Shown here piece by piece: positions 10,056 through 19,637 of a stretch of DNA of 64,000 nucleotides. The DNA is from Chloroflexota bacterium (GTDB lineage Bacteria; Chloroflexota; UBA11872; VXOZ01): the NCBI GenBank assembly GCA_965221905.1, contig OZ244922.1:576001-640000 (forward strand), written 5' to 3'. The position numbers and the translations under genes were made by a program. The stretch's first letter is position 1; each line of letters begins with the position of its first letter. Under the pieces are notes generated by a model. It made no database searches. It saw nothing but the letters and a program-made list of their open reading frames with translations, and was not told where the DNA came from.

Positions 10056-10964
10056 TCAGTCCGTGTCAAAGTCTGTATGATTGTTCAAGTTGACTACTTG
10101 CTCAATGCCCGCCGTTAATTCACTATACACCTTGGCTTTTTGCCCCTTCGGTCTCATATTGCCCGGTTTGGCGAACACCAAGACGTACTCATGTACGTTC
10201 TTGAATAGGAAGTTAGGAGGATACGGATAGCTCCCAAATATCGGCCTCTGTGAACCATGTGAACCCCACCTGCCTCCAGATCCGTCCTTAGACCATATGA
10301 TCTCGGTTATCATTAGGAACCCAATGTCACGCAACAAGATTGCGAAGTCCGTGGACAAAGGGAAGGTCAATAGACCATGGTCTGTGTACTGATTGACATT
10401 AGCAATAACTACGCAGATTTTGCGACCTGGCATCAAGACACGAAAGCATTCCTCAAAGACTAGGCGAACGTTTTGGAGAAACAATGCGTAGTTGTCTATG
10501 TCTCCAAGGTTACTGCTAGATTGTCCGTAGTCGGCCTTATTCCAGTAAGGAGGACTTGTCACGACAAGTCCTATACTACCGTCATCAATAAAGCTTAGAT
10601 TGCGGCTGTCCCAGGTCACCGCTTCAAGTACTGTTGAGTTGTGAACACAGTCCCGCTGTAAATCCTCACAGTCCCTGACAATTGTTTCCACGTAATCTGG
10701 GTTTTGATCTATGCAGATCGCATTTCGCCCTATGGGGATAACAGCTCGCGCAGTAGTGCCTGTTCCAGCGAATGGGTCCAATATCGTCTCTCCGTGGAAA
10801 CTAAACAACCTAGCCAAACGATACGGTATCTCCACGGGGAATACAGCCGGGTGCTCATCGCTTCTTGTATTCGCTATAGTCCAAACAGTCTTTGTGTACT
10901 CTCTCCATTCTGCTTTGGTCAGCTTGCTCTTTTCCTTGATGAAATGGTTGGGTCGATTCGTCAT
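10056..10964 (-). CDS. N4-cytosine/N6-adenine DNA methyltransferase
   Basis: HPAVFP, LDPFAGTGTT (motif I), VTSPPYW (motif IV). Confidence 0.9.
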   Translation of the reverse strand: MTNRPNHFIKEKSKLTKAEWREYTKTVWTIANTRSDEHPAVFPVEIPYRLARLFSFHGETILDPFAGTGTTARAVIPIGRNAICIDQNPDYVETIVRDCEDLQRDCVHNSTVLEAVTWDSRNLSFIDDGSIGLVVTSPPYWNKADYGQSSSNLGDIDNYALFLQNVRLVFEECFRVLMPGRKICVVIANVNQYTDHGLLTFPLSTDFAILLRDIGFLMITEIIWSKDGSGGRWGSHGSQRPIFGSYPYPPNFLFKNVHEYVLVFAKPGNMRPKGQKAKVYSELTAGIEQVVNLNNHTDFDTD

Positions 10965-10974
10965 CTTTGGGCCC

Positions 10975-13014
10975 TTATTCTAAAGACTCTGGGGCAGTGT
11001 TGTTTCGGAGTCTAGCTGCTACCGTATACTCAGTGAATTGTTGGAGTTCGTCGACGAAATTGCCGCTTAGCCCTGCAATATCGATTAGCACCTTGTCCGC
11101 AGATCGCCGCATGTCAGTATACCAATTCGAATTGTAGGCAAGTGAAGTGCGGCCACGATTAAGGCTCAGCGTCGGATTGGACTTCATAGCAGACCAGAGT
11201 CTGGTACCACTTCCAGATAGCAGGTCAATGTGTGGCTGGTCCAACATGTCGTTACCATAAGGAAAGTGAGCGATGAACCGCTTCAAGACATGGAAGCCAT
11301 CGCCGTGTGTGTGCCACCACCAATATGCGAGATTGCTGGTCAGAATTGCAAATACTGCGAATGCAACTTTGGAAGTTGCACACATTACAGCGTGCAATTG
11401 GCTTTCGGAGAGTTGCCGCTCGCTCTCGAGTACTCTTGGCGGAGGGCTTAGAAAAACATTAATGAAATTGTACGCGGTAGGGCCAACAAAGACGATGTTG
11501 TTTGCAGCAAGAGTGGTATCGGCCAACCTGTAACGCCCAATGCCACAAACTGCATGTTTAAGGCGATGCCATCTAGCGTTAAGGGTGGCTAAAGCGGATG
11601 CTTGCTGTAAACCTTCAACTCTCGGTATGCCTGCTGTTATTTCACTGGGTATTGGAGTAAACTCAATTCTCTGAAACAATGTTGACCGGCTTTCCCCTCG
11701 CCACCTCCTTAGCGGCCCGCTAGCGATCACTGGTTTCGTGCTCAACACATCCTTGTCCCAGAAAACAATAGCATTTCGGGTTTTGACGTCTTCTCCGAAT
11801 AATGCTTGGGGTTCCCGGTCGAAGAACGCAAAGCGCCATCGACCCATAGTTTGCTGAATCAAGCTTCGCGCAGCGACGAACTGAGGCCCAATGCTAGAAG
11901 CTATTGAAATTGGCAGGACGAGCGACGCGGCGCATTTATCTTTGTTAGCCAGACGTATCATCTGCTCTATGAAGGCAACGTAGACTTGTGCGTTGGGTTG
12001 GGGTTTGGCCTCAAGTGTCTTGAATGTTTGTTCTAAGTTTCTTTGATCAGAACGCTCTCCAACATCCGCGTATGGAGGATTCCCAACGATGACAGTTGGC
12101 GCGTCCTCTATCGCTGGAAACAAATCACTCAAGGAAACTCTGTCATCGCCGACTGAGCTCTTCTCACAGTTGTCTGCTTCGTTCTTGATCGGATCCACTA
12201 GAAGGGCGTCCACGCAGCCTAGGTTTAATCCCAGTCTCCGCCACTGGTCTATGGGCCTAGTCTGTTCTCCTTCTCCATAGATCAGAATATCCGCGAGCAA
12301 AACAAAAGCAGAAGCATGCAGAGGCCACAGAGCTATGTCCGTGCCGTATATACGTTCTCTAGCCAAAGTAGACGCGCTAGCCTCAGTTTGGCGTCTTAGC
12401 AATTCTCTCAGAGCTGCCCTTAGAAAGACTCCGGTGCCGCATGCAGGGTCGTACACTACCGGCGCATCACAATCTTCAAAGCAATCCAGGCAGCCCTTAA
12501 CCATGTATTCGGCAATGTCGGCCGGCGTATAAAAGGCCCCATCTGCACGCTTTTGTGCTCTTGCTCTGCTAGTTGTAGGGTCACGTCTTACGCTGCGTCT
12601 GCTACCCGGACCGTATGGATCAAGAAGATAGGGAAGCAGTTCTTTACAGACGCTCAAGTCCATCGCTCTTGGGAGGAATCTTTCAGCTTCACAGAGCTGC
12701 TTTGCAGACAACAAGCTCGTTGATCTGGAATGGCCCCGCCCACCAACAAACCATTCCTCAGCTTCTCTTAGTGTCGCCTTAGTATGAAGGCGTTTTGTCA
12801 CCACACCAGTAAGCCACATGGACACAATTCCCCATGCAGCCAACTCTATATCCTTTCGAGCTGGAGCAAATGCCGAATTGGAATGACGAGATGGCAGCAG
12901 TACCTCGCTCTGCCAGCATTGCTCTTCTCGCCCAAGCGGTTCGGACAATGCACGGACAGCTTTGCGAATGGATTCACTATATCTACTTGCGTCTGAAGTC
13001 ACCGCACCTTTCAT
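10975..13014 (-). CDS. N6-adenine DNA methyltransferase, gamma class, with C-terminal target-recognition region
   Basis: GAFYTP, YDPACGTGVFL, IYGTDI, VGNPPY. Confidence 0.88.
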   Translation of the reverse strand: MKGAVTSDASRYSESIRKAVRALSEPLGREEQCWQSEVLLPSRHSNSAFAPARKDIELAAWGIVSMWLTGVVTKRLHTKATLREAEEWFVGGRGHSRSTSLLSAKQLCEAERFLPRAMDLSVCKELLPYLLDPYGPGSRRSVRRDPTTSRARAQKRADGAFYTPADIAEYMVKGCLDCFEDCDAPVVYDPACGTGVFLRAALRELLRRQTEASASTLARERIYGTDIALWPLHASAFVLLADILIYGEGEQTRPIDQWRRLGLNLGCVDALLVDPIKNEADNCEKSSVGDDRVSLSDLFPAIEDAPTVIVGNPPYADVGERSDQRNLEQTFKTLEAKPQPNAQVYVAFIEQMIRLANKDKCAASLVLPISIASSIGPQFVAARSLIQQTMGRWRFAFFDREPQALFGEDVKTRNAIVFWDKDVLSTKPVIASGPLRRWRGESRSTLFQRIEFTPIPSEITAGIPRVEGLQQASALATLNARWHRLKHAVCGIGRYRLADTTLAANNIVFVGPTAYNFINVFLSPPPRVLESERQLSESQLHAVMCATSKVAFAVFAILTSNLAYWWWHTHGDGFHVLKRFIAHFPYGNDMLDQPHIDLLSGSGTRLWSAMKSNPTLSLNRGRTSLAYNSNWYTDMRRSADKVLIDIAGLSGNFVDELQQFTEYTVAARLRNNTAPESLE

Positions 13015-13630
13015 AAATACAACCCTTCAAGAGATTGACACGGTTCGACCTGAATTCTTTGAATGAAGTTTGGTGCTAATCAATTGGCTTTCGACAACTG
13101 GAATTTGATGCCTGTACCATAATAATAGAATAGAGGAGTCTGCGTTGGCTAAGGTCAGGCGCGAACTTGGTCTCTGCACCGCAGCTCTGCCTAGCGACTG
13201 AATATTGGGAGTAGCTGAGCCCCGGAGTAGCGAGGGGCGGTGATAGAGATTCTGTTGCCCAAAAATGATTTAGACTTCTATGCGCTCTACTCACTGTCTC
13301 GCGCTTCTTGGGCAAATTGGCTTTGGGAAGTGTTACCTAACCAATGCTAGCCATAGTAGCTTAGAGCGACAAGCACGGGTAATTCTTGGAATCCCACTGA
13401 TTTGAATAGTGCATTCTCCAAAGTCGAGTCTGATTCACATCTTTGGGAATGTGTTCTGAGTTGATGGGTTTCTTCAACGCCACATTCCGTGCTGCCAGAG
13501 GCACCTATGGCGAAGCCTTTGGTGTGTGGTTGGGGCATTAGCTCATTGTCGTCATAGAGTTCGCGAGCTATGTGGCAGTGCGCCATGCCATGAGACAAAT
13601 CGGTCCTCAACCGCAGTAAGGTAGTGAAGT

Positions 13631-13861
13631 ATGGGATTGAAGAACATAGACTTAAGCGCTAACGAGCTCTTGATCGAGGCCGCCATAAGTCGGGCTGCGG
13701 CGGAGGGGACGAGCTTGGACGCGCTGTTTCGGCAGTGGCTTGCGGAGTATGTTGGGCGCGAGCGGCAGGCGGATGCGGCAATGGCGGCTATGCGTGAGTT
13801 ACGCGAGGACATTGCCACTGGAGGACGCACGTTCACGCGGGATGAGATGAACGAGCGCTAG
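13631..13861 (+). CDS. Putative antitoxin of the type usually preceding a PIN/VapC toxin
   Basis: KNIDLSA..LIE.A..RA..EGTSL..LFR.WL N-terminus and FTRDEMNER C-terminus; start may be the TTG two codons in. Confidence 0.6.
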   Translation: MGLKNIDLSANELLIEAAISRAAAEGTSLDALFRQWLAEYVGRERQADAAMAAMRELREDIATGGRTFTRDEMNER

Positions 13862-14044
13862 TGATTGAACAGGCATAAACGCGTTAGTCTGCCGTTCAAG
13901 AATAAGGCCGGTCAAAGAGAAGATAGATTCCCGCGAAAGCGGGAATGACGGATTCATAGGGTCTATTCTTCAAACCCCTGTAGAATCCTATTCTCGGGAG
14001 TTACAATGCAAGACACGTGTTCAACTATTCGACAGGAGCATTTC

Positions 14045-14416
14045 ATGGAACTCGGGGCGTTTTCGGTTAGTTTAGCGGTGGCGGATATTGAGGCTTCGCG
14101 GGGGTTTTATGCGAAGTTTGGGTTTGAGGTGGTGGGAGGTGATGCGGCGCAGAATTGGCTGATCCTCAGGAATGGTACAACCACCATCGGTCTCTTTCAG
14201 GGCATGTTCGAGCAGAACATTCTCACCTTCAATCCGGGGTGGGACGGCCAGGCGCAACCGCTGGAGTCGTTCACGGACGTGCGCGAGTTGCAGCGGCAGC
14301 TCAAGGCGCAGGGCGTGACCCTCATGAACGAGGCCGACGAGGATACCACCGGCCCGGCAAGCTTCGTGGCAGTAGACCCGGACGGCAATGCCATTCTGGT
14401 GGACCAGCACGTGTAA
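14045..14416 (+). CDS. VOC/glyoxalase family protein
   Basis: [19 protein letters not shown] and [12 protein letters not shown]; GGAG RBS. Confidence 0.9.
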   Translation: MELGAFSVSLAVADIEASRGFYAKFGFEVVGGDAAQNWLILRNGTTTIGLFQGMFEQNILTFNPGWDGQAQPLESFTDVRELQRQLKAQGVTLMNEADEDTTGPASFVAVDPDGNAILVDQHV

Positions 14417-14541
14417 GGTCCTGCACGGTCCAAACAATTCTTTGGCGCAGTGAGGCAATGATTAACAAATATCGGCCTTGCCCCCGTATCAAGTACGGGG
14501 CAGGCTCGGACTATGCAAATTGACTCTTAAGGGACCCTACC

Positions 14542-15600
14542 TCAGGAAAGCACGAATGCCAAGTAGACCTGCGCATGCCCCGATATGTCGGAGGTGTAGA
14601 CCACAGCGCGGCCATCGGGGGTGAATGACGGGTGGGGGTGCGACCACTGGGGGCCGTAGGCGTCGTCGGGCGCGGTCTCGCCTGCGTATGGCTCCGGTTC
14701 CGACCACTGGAAGCCTTGCGAGGAAGCCTGCGGGTGGCAGAGCGTCTTGCGCGCGCCGGTTGTCGGATCGATGAGTTGCAGTCCCACGTCGGGCAGGGTG
14801 GTATCGCACACGATCTGCGCTCCGTCGCGGCGGGGCGCGGGATGCCAGCAGTTGAACGCCGCTACGTCCCGTTCGCCGCTGCCGTCGCGCCGGATGGCTT
14901 TCAGCGCGTGGGGCCAATAGGTGAAGATTATCTCGTCGTTCGACAGCCAAGCCTCGTGGGTGATCCACTCCTGACGGGTCTGCGCGCGCAGCGGTCGCGC
15001 GTTGGAACCGTCGACTTCTACCAGCCACATGCGCGGCATGTCCGAGGAGAAGAGCACCGTGCGTCCATCGGGACTCCACTGTGCGTGAGCCACAAATTGA
15101 TCGGTGGCAAACAGCACACGTTCGCCGCCGCCATCGGTGCGCACCGCCAGGATAATGTTCTTGCCGTCCTTCTGGGCGGCCAGCAGGATTTCCGAGCCGT
15201 CGGGGCTGATCGAGCAGTTGCCGAGCCACGACGAGGGGGGCAGGTTCGTGAGCACCGTTTCTTGCAGGGTGGTGGTGTCAACAGCGCGTAACTGCGTGGC
15301 AGCGGCGTAGTACACGTGCCTGCCGTCGGGTGATACGCACGCCGACCACGCGGAAACGTCGCCGCTTGTCGTAAGCTGCCGCAACGTGCCGTCAGGCAAC
15401 TGGATGCCGTAGAGATTGGGCGCGCCGGCGCGGTACGACGTGATGATGAGCATGTCGTGGTTCGCGCCAGCCCAGGCCGGATTGAGAAAGTACGGCGCGT
15501 GATTCACACAGGGCGCGTTGGTCAATTGCCAGATAGCGGCGCCGGTTTGCTTATCTTGGAGTACCCGCTTTTCGGTGGGTAATTGCGTGGCTATGCTCAT
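14542..15600 (-). CDS. TolB-like beta-propeller protein (oligogalacturonate lyase-like)
   Basis: Repeated SPDG motifs, D..TGA.IWQLT N-terminus, HPHPSFTPDG..VVYTSD C-terminus. Confidence 0.8.
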   Translation of the reverse strand: MSIATQLPTEKRVLQDKQTGAAIWQLTNAPCVNHAPYFLNPAWAGANHDMLIITSYRAGAPNLYGIQLPDGTLRQLTTSGDVSAWSACVSPDGRHVYYAAATQLRAVDTTTLQETVLTNLPPSSWLGNCSISPDGSEILLAAQKDGKNIILAVRTDGGGERVLFATDQFVAHAQWSPDGRTVLFSSDMPRMWLVEVDGSNARPLRAQTRQEWITHEAWLSNDEIIFTYWPHALKAIRRDGSGERDVAAFNCWHPAPRRDGAQIVCDTTLPDVGLQLIDPTTGARKTLCHPQASSQGFQWSEPEPYAGETAPDDAYGPQWSHPHPSFTPDGRAVVYTSDISGHAQVYLAFVLS

Positions 15601-15708
15601 GTTCACTCCTCTTTTGTTTCTTTCCTGGTTCGTAGTTGCCAATGCAAGAGATTACCCTTGCGCGACATTGTCTAACAGGCGGGATGAGACTTGGGTCGGC
15701 CAAGAGGT

Positions 15709-16055
15709 GCCCTCACCCCGGCCCTCTCCCACGGGGAGAGGGTGCAATCGGTTCCTCTGAAGCGGCCAATTCGCTGAATTCAGACTTACTGTAACTTTTT
15801 TGGTAGATGACATTTTTGTGTCCCTGCCGAACCGTTGGAGTGTTGGGGAGATCGACTAAAGTCACCCTCACCCCGGCCCTCTCCCAGCGGGAGAGGGAGC
15901 TATCGGTGCCTCTGAAGCGGCCAATTCGCTGAATTCAGACTTGCTGTCACTTTTCTGGTAGATGACCCTTTCGTGTCCCTGCCGAACCGTTGGAGTGTTG
16001 GGGAGATCGACTAAAGTCACCCTCACCCCGGCCCTCTCCCAGCGGGGAGAGGGAG
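15709..16055. repeat. Tandem ~155-bp repeat (two units) punctuated by three CCCTCACCCCGGCCCTCTCCC REP hairpins
   Basis: CCTCTGAAGCGGCCAATTCGCTGAATTCAGACTT...GGAGATCGACTAAAGTCA occurs twice, nearly identical. Confidence 0.9.
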
Positions 16056-16154
16056 TTTAAAGTCCCACTCCGAAGGGAGTATCCGTGCGCAATCTTGGTA
16101 AGGGAACGGCCTTTGACGGAGGATGGATCCTAATGGAAATGCCTTCACTTGGAA

Positions 16155-17384
16155 CTAAGAATACACTGCCTGCAGTTGGTCCACGTTTCGTTGTACTTTG
16201 GCGATTGCGGCCGCAATATCATCCATGGCGGGATTCTCGGCGAGGAGTGCGGTTTGGCCGATCCAAGCTGCCTGCTCGTGGCAAAGCCGCTCAGTTTCAG
16301 GACATGGAAGAGAGCGGAAACTGCCGATAGCGCCTTTTACCGAACCATCAGACTTATCGAACATCGGGTTGTCATACAGCGCCCACGGATAGCCGCTGGA
16401 CATACCGACGCCCTCCGCCTGCACCGCCTGGAGGAAGGTCTCGCGGTCGGCGCCGAACTCCTCAGCGTTGAGGCGGATGGGGTAGATATGGTACCCGTGC
16501 TGGGTAACCTCCGGCTCAAGCTGCTGCACGGTGATGCCGGGGACCTCTGAGAGCATGCCGGAGAGATACGCCGCATTACGGTTGCGCCGCTTTGTATGCT
16601 CGTCCAGGCGTTCCAATTGCGGGAGGCAGACGGCGGCTTGGAACTCGTTCATGGGGTAGGCCTGGCCGAGTTCGTGGTGCTCGTACCAGGGCCGGCCGTT
16701 CTTGCGACCAAAGCACGCCAGAGTATAGAAGCAGCGCTCCCAGATGTCCTCGTTGTCCGTAGTCGCCAGGCCGCCCTCGCCGCAGGTCATGTTCTTGGCT
16801 TGGTTGAAGCTATACGAATTGAGGTCGCCCCAGCCTCCTACCTTCTTGCCCGCCCACTTGGTGCCGTGGGCGTGGGCGCAATCGACGATTACGGCTAAGT
16901 CATGTGCCTTCGCGAGCGCGCCAAGCTCGTCCACTTGCGCCGGATAACCGCCGAAGTGCACGGGCACGATGGCGCGGGTGCGCGGGGTGATGGCCTCGGC
17001 CACGCTCGCCGGATCGAGGCAGAGCGAGTTGGGGTCAACGTCCGCAAAGACCACGTCCGCTCCCACGAGCAAGGGCGCAAAGGCCGTGGCCATGAACGTG
17101 AAGGCCGGCACGATCACTTCGTCGCCCGGCCCAATGTCGAACGCGCGCAGGCCGATGTCGAGGCCCGCCGTGCAGCTCGTGAGCGGAATGCCAAACGCGG
17201 CGTCGTGGTAGTCGCAGAAGCGCGCATTTAGTTCCATCACCATGGGCCCGTGTCCGGTACCGCCCCAGCGGCTGCTCTCCAGCACCTGATGCAAGAGTTC
17301 CTTCTCCCGCTCATCGTGCTGAGGCCAGGAAGGAAACTTCGTCGTACACACAGGCGTGCCGCCGCGAATCGCTAGTTTCTCCAT
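16155..17384 (-). CDS. DegT/DnrJ/EryC1/StrS PLP aminotransferase
   Basis: GPGDEVIVPAFTF, PVHFGG, DCAHAHG, SFNQAKNMTCGEGG (PLP lysine). Confidence 0.93.
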   Translation of the reverse strand: MEKLAIRGGTPVCTTKFPSWPQHDEREKELLHQVLESSRWGGTGHGPMVMELNARFCDYHDAAFGIPLTSCTAGLDIGLRAFDIGPGDEVIVPAFTFMATAFAPLLVGADVVFADVDPNSLCLDPASVAEAITPRTRAIVPVHFGGYPAQVDELGALAKAHDLAVIVDCAHAHGTKWAGKKVGGWGDLNSYSFNQAKNMTCGEGGLATTDNEDIWERCFYTLACFGRKNGRPWYEHHELGQAYPMNEFQAAVCLPQLERLDEHTKRRNRNAAYLSGMLSEVPGITVQQLEPEVTQHGYHIYPIRLNAEEFGADRETFLQAVQAEGVGMSSGYPWALYDNPMFDKSDGSVKGAIGSFRSLPCPETERLCHEQAAWIGQTALLAENPAMDDIAAAIAKVQRNVDQLQAVYS

Positions 17385-17684
17385 AGCCAGCTTCCTCCTG
17401 AGTGTCAATACTTACTGCTCGTGGGTCTGCCACATGCCTCGCGGATAGCTAAAGACCATAGACCAGGCCATCGTGGATCGAACACGCCGCCAGCGAGAAG
17501 AGTTTCATCCTCGCCACTCTCTTGATTGTTACCCTATCTTAGCCTATCTACGTTTTGCAAACGAAACCACGCTCTATGGGCGCGTACCTGCGTTCGCGCC
17601 TTTGCCGGAGTTCCCTCTCGCAATTTGGCCCCTGCCTGTCCCCGTTGGGAGACCTCTGCACATCTCAGCGCAGCAGCCGAAAAG

Positions 17685-18312
17685 ACCCTCTCTCCCTGGG
17701 GAGAACTTTGCAAGACTCTTGCCGAGGCGAGAGAGAGTTAGAGCCTGCCCGTACTCGATACCGGGGGTGAGAGTGAGTCCCCGCAATCGGGGTCATTTTC
17801 ACCGATTCTTGCAAATTTGCTCTTAGCTATTTCAGGTAGGAAGGGCAGAATATGCAGGAAGCCCCTCACCCCGGCCCTCTCCCCAGGAGGCTGTCTCATA
17901 AGTCGACTCGATAAACAAAATCGTGCTTCGATCCTTCGACAAGCTCAGGACAGGCAAGCTCAGAACGAACGGGATTTGCCTATTTCGTTCGCCCTGAGCC
18001 TGTCGAAGGGCAAGTCTACACTGAGCAACGCACTTTTGAGACAAGCACCCAGGGAGAGAGAGTGATTGTTGCGCCTCCGGCTGAAGTTACGCAATGGTCT
18101 GATGGGGAGAAGGCTAGGGAGACGGGAAAGCCTCACCGTTTCGGCCTCGTTCCTCGTGTCCGTCAGAGTTATGCAGAGTTCTCCTTTGGGAAGGTAGGCG
18201 GTAAGAATCCGATCCGTACGCCTCCTTTGATGTTCCCATTTGCGCCAAGGAGCGGAGGACAAGCCCCCGCGCTACGAAGGAGATGTCATTCCGAGCGGAG
18301 CGAGGAATCTAC
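17685..18312. repeat. Dense cluster of several REP-like palindrome families
   Basis: CCCTCTC/GAGAG hairpins, CTTCGACAAGCTCAG and CCCTGAGCCTGTCGAAGG, GGACAAGCCCCCGCGCTAC, GTCATTCCGAGCGGAGCGAGGAATCT. Confidence 0.8.
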
Positions 18313-18498
18313 GATGGTTCCCTGCAAGAAACCCTGTTATTTGGAGAAGGAGTATACTACCTTTTCTTTGCAGGCTGATCAGTTAAAGACCCTGCAAGAT
18401 CAGGCGTGAGAGGTTGAGCGCAAGGCTGATAAAGGTCTACGATAGGAATGAGCTTTCTTATTGCGTCTCGAGGTCTAATCGCGAAGAGGCACACCGTC

Positions 18499-19215
18499 AT
18501 GGCAACCAAGATAGGCATTATTACCGACGTACACGGCAATGCGCCTGCGCTGCGTGCCGTGCTGGCAGAGCTGGCGCGTGAGGATGATTTATCATGCGTC
18601 TATGGCGCGGGCGACCTCATTGGCATTGGTCCCGACACGAATGAAGTGCTGGATCTGCTCTTCGGTCTCCCTGGCTTTGCGAGTGTTGCCGGTAATCATG
18701 AGGATTGCATCCTGGCGCTGCTAGCGGGTGATTCGCCGGGAAGCCCTCCAGGAATTGAAGAACATCACCAGTGGATTGCGGACGAACTCGACCGCAGATT
18801 CCTGCCGCATCTCACTGCTATGCCGCGAGTACTGTCGCCGCAGCATGGGGATCTACAGCAATTCATCGCCCACTATCATCTGGATGCGGAGCAGCAACTC
18901 CTGCCGATTGACCCAGAACCCAGTTTAGAAAAGCTCGACGCGCACTACAGCGGGCACGCCGACGCCATTCTCACCGGCCACCATCACGACGGTCATTACT
19001 TTCAAACGCAGAACCGCGTCTATTTGAACCCAGGTGCATTGGGCTGTGGCCCGCGTCCGGTGGCGCGGTATGCCCTGCTTACATTCAGAGACAGCGGTAT
19101 TGACGTTCAGCGGCGCGGAATTCCCTATGATAGGGAGCACTTTCTGCGTACATATAGTAAACGCAATGTGCCAGACCGGGAGTTTATTCTGCAGCGCTTT
19201 CACGGGCAAGGGTGA
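18499..19215 (+). CDS. Metallophosphoesterase (calcineurin-like)
   Basis: TDVHGN, GDLI, GNHE, GHHH, NPG motifs. Confidence 0.92.
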   Translation: MATKIGIITDVHGNAPALRAVLAELAREDDLSCVYGAGDLIGIGPDTNEVLDLLFGLPGFASVAGNHEDCILALLAGDSPGSPPGIEEHHQWIADELDRRFLPHLTAMPRVLSPQHGDLQQFIAHYHLDAEQQLLPIDPEPSLEKLDAHYSGHADAILTGHHHDGHYFQTQNRVYLNPGALGCGPRPVARYALLTFRDSGIDVQRRGIPYDREHFLRTYSKRNVPDREFILQRFHGQG

Positions 19216-19390
19216 AGGGCCGGAGGCGAATCTTGAGGTGAGGTTGTAAGCGCCTGAGGCAGCATGTTTTCTGGACGCAAGCCATCCATAGAGAGATGGA
19301 ATTGGCGCCCGGTCACACGAGAGGCAATTCCGCGCTAGCGCAATTTCGAGACCTCTGCCTACCGGTTGGAGTCCGAATGGCTAAGAGAAG

Positions 19391-19551
19391 ATGGATTCCG
19401 CGCCCCCGCGCGGGGGCGAGCTTTCGCGGGAATGACGGTCAGACATGCGGGAATGATGGTCAGACGTGCGGGAATGGCGGTTGGGCGTGTGAGATCAGCG
19501 GTTGGAAGTGCGGGGATGATCGTCGGACGCGCGGGAATGACGGGCTGCGTA
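19391..19551. repeat. REP hairpin followed by six degenerate 21-bp tandem units (GCGGGAATGA-N11)
   Basis: Units start at 19426, 19447, 19468, 19489, 19510, 19531. Confidence 0.8.
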
Positions 19552-19637
19552 GCATCTCTTTTGCATGTAATGCTGTGAAACGTCGAACACACTCTGGCAA
19601 TAGCGGTAACGGGTTGCAGTAGACGAAAGGACTGTAT

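Noticed and set aside
13076-13610. Short ORFs upstream of the RM operon as a controller protein
   Set aside because: No helix-turn-helix or other recognisable motif and no convincing RBS
15709-16055. Three palindromic repeats as a CRISPR array
   Set aside because: Intervening segments are near-identical and about 120 bp; the repeat is a dispersed REP family
19426-19551. Regular short repeats as a CRISPR array
   Set aside because: Period is only 21 bp, units are degenerate, there are no spacer-length unique segments and no cas genes
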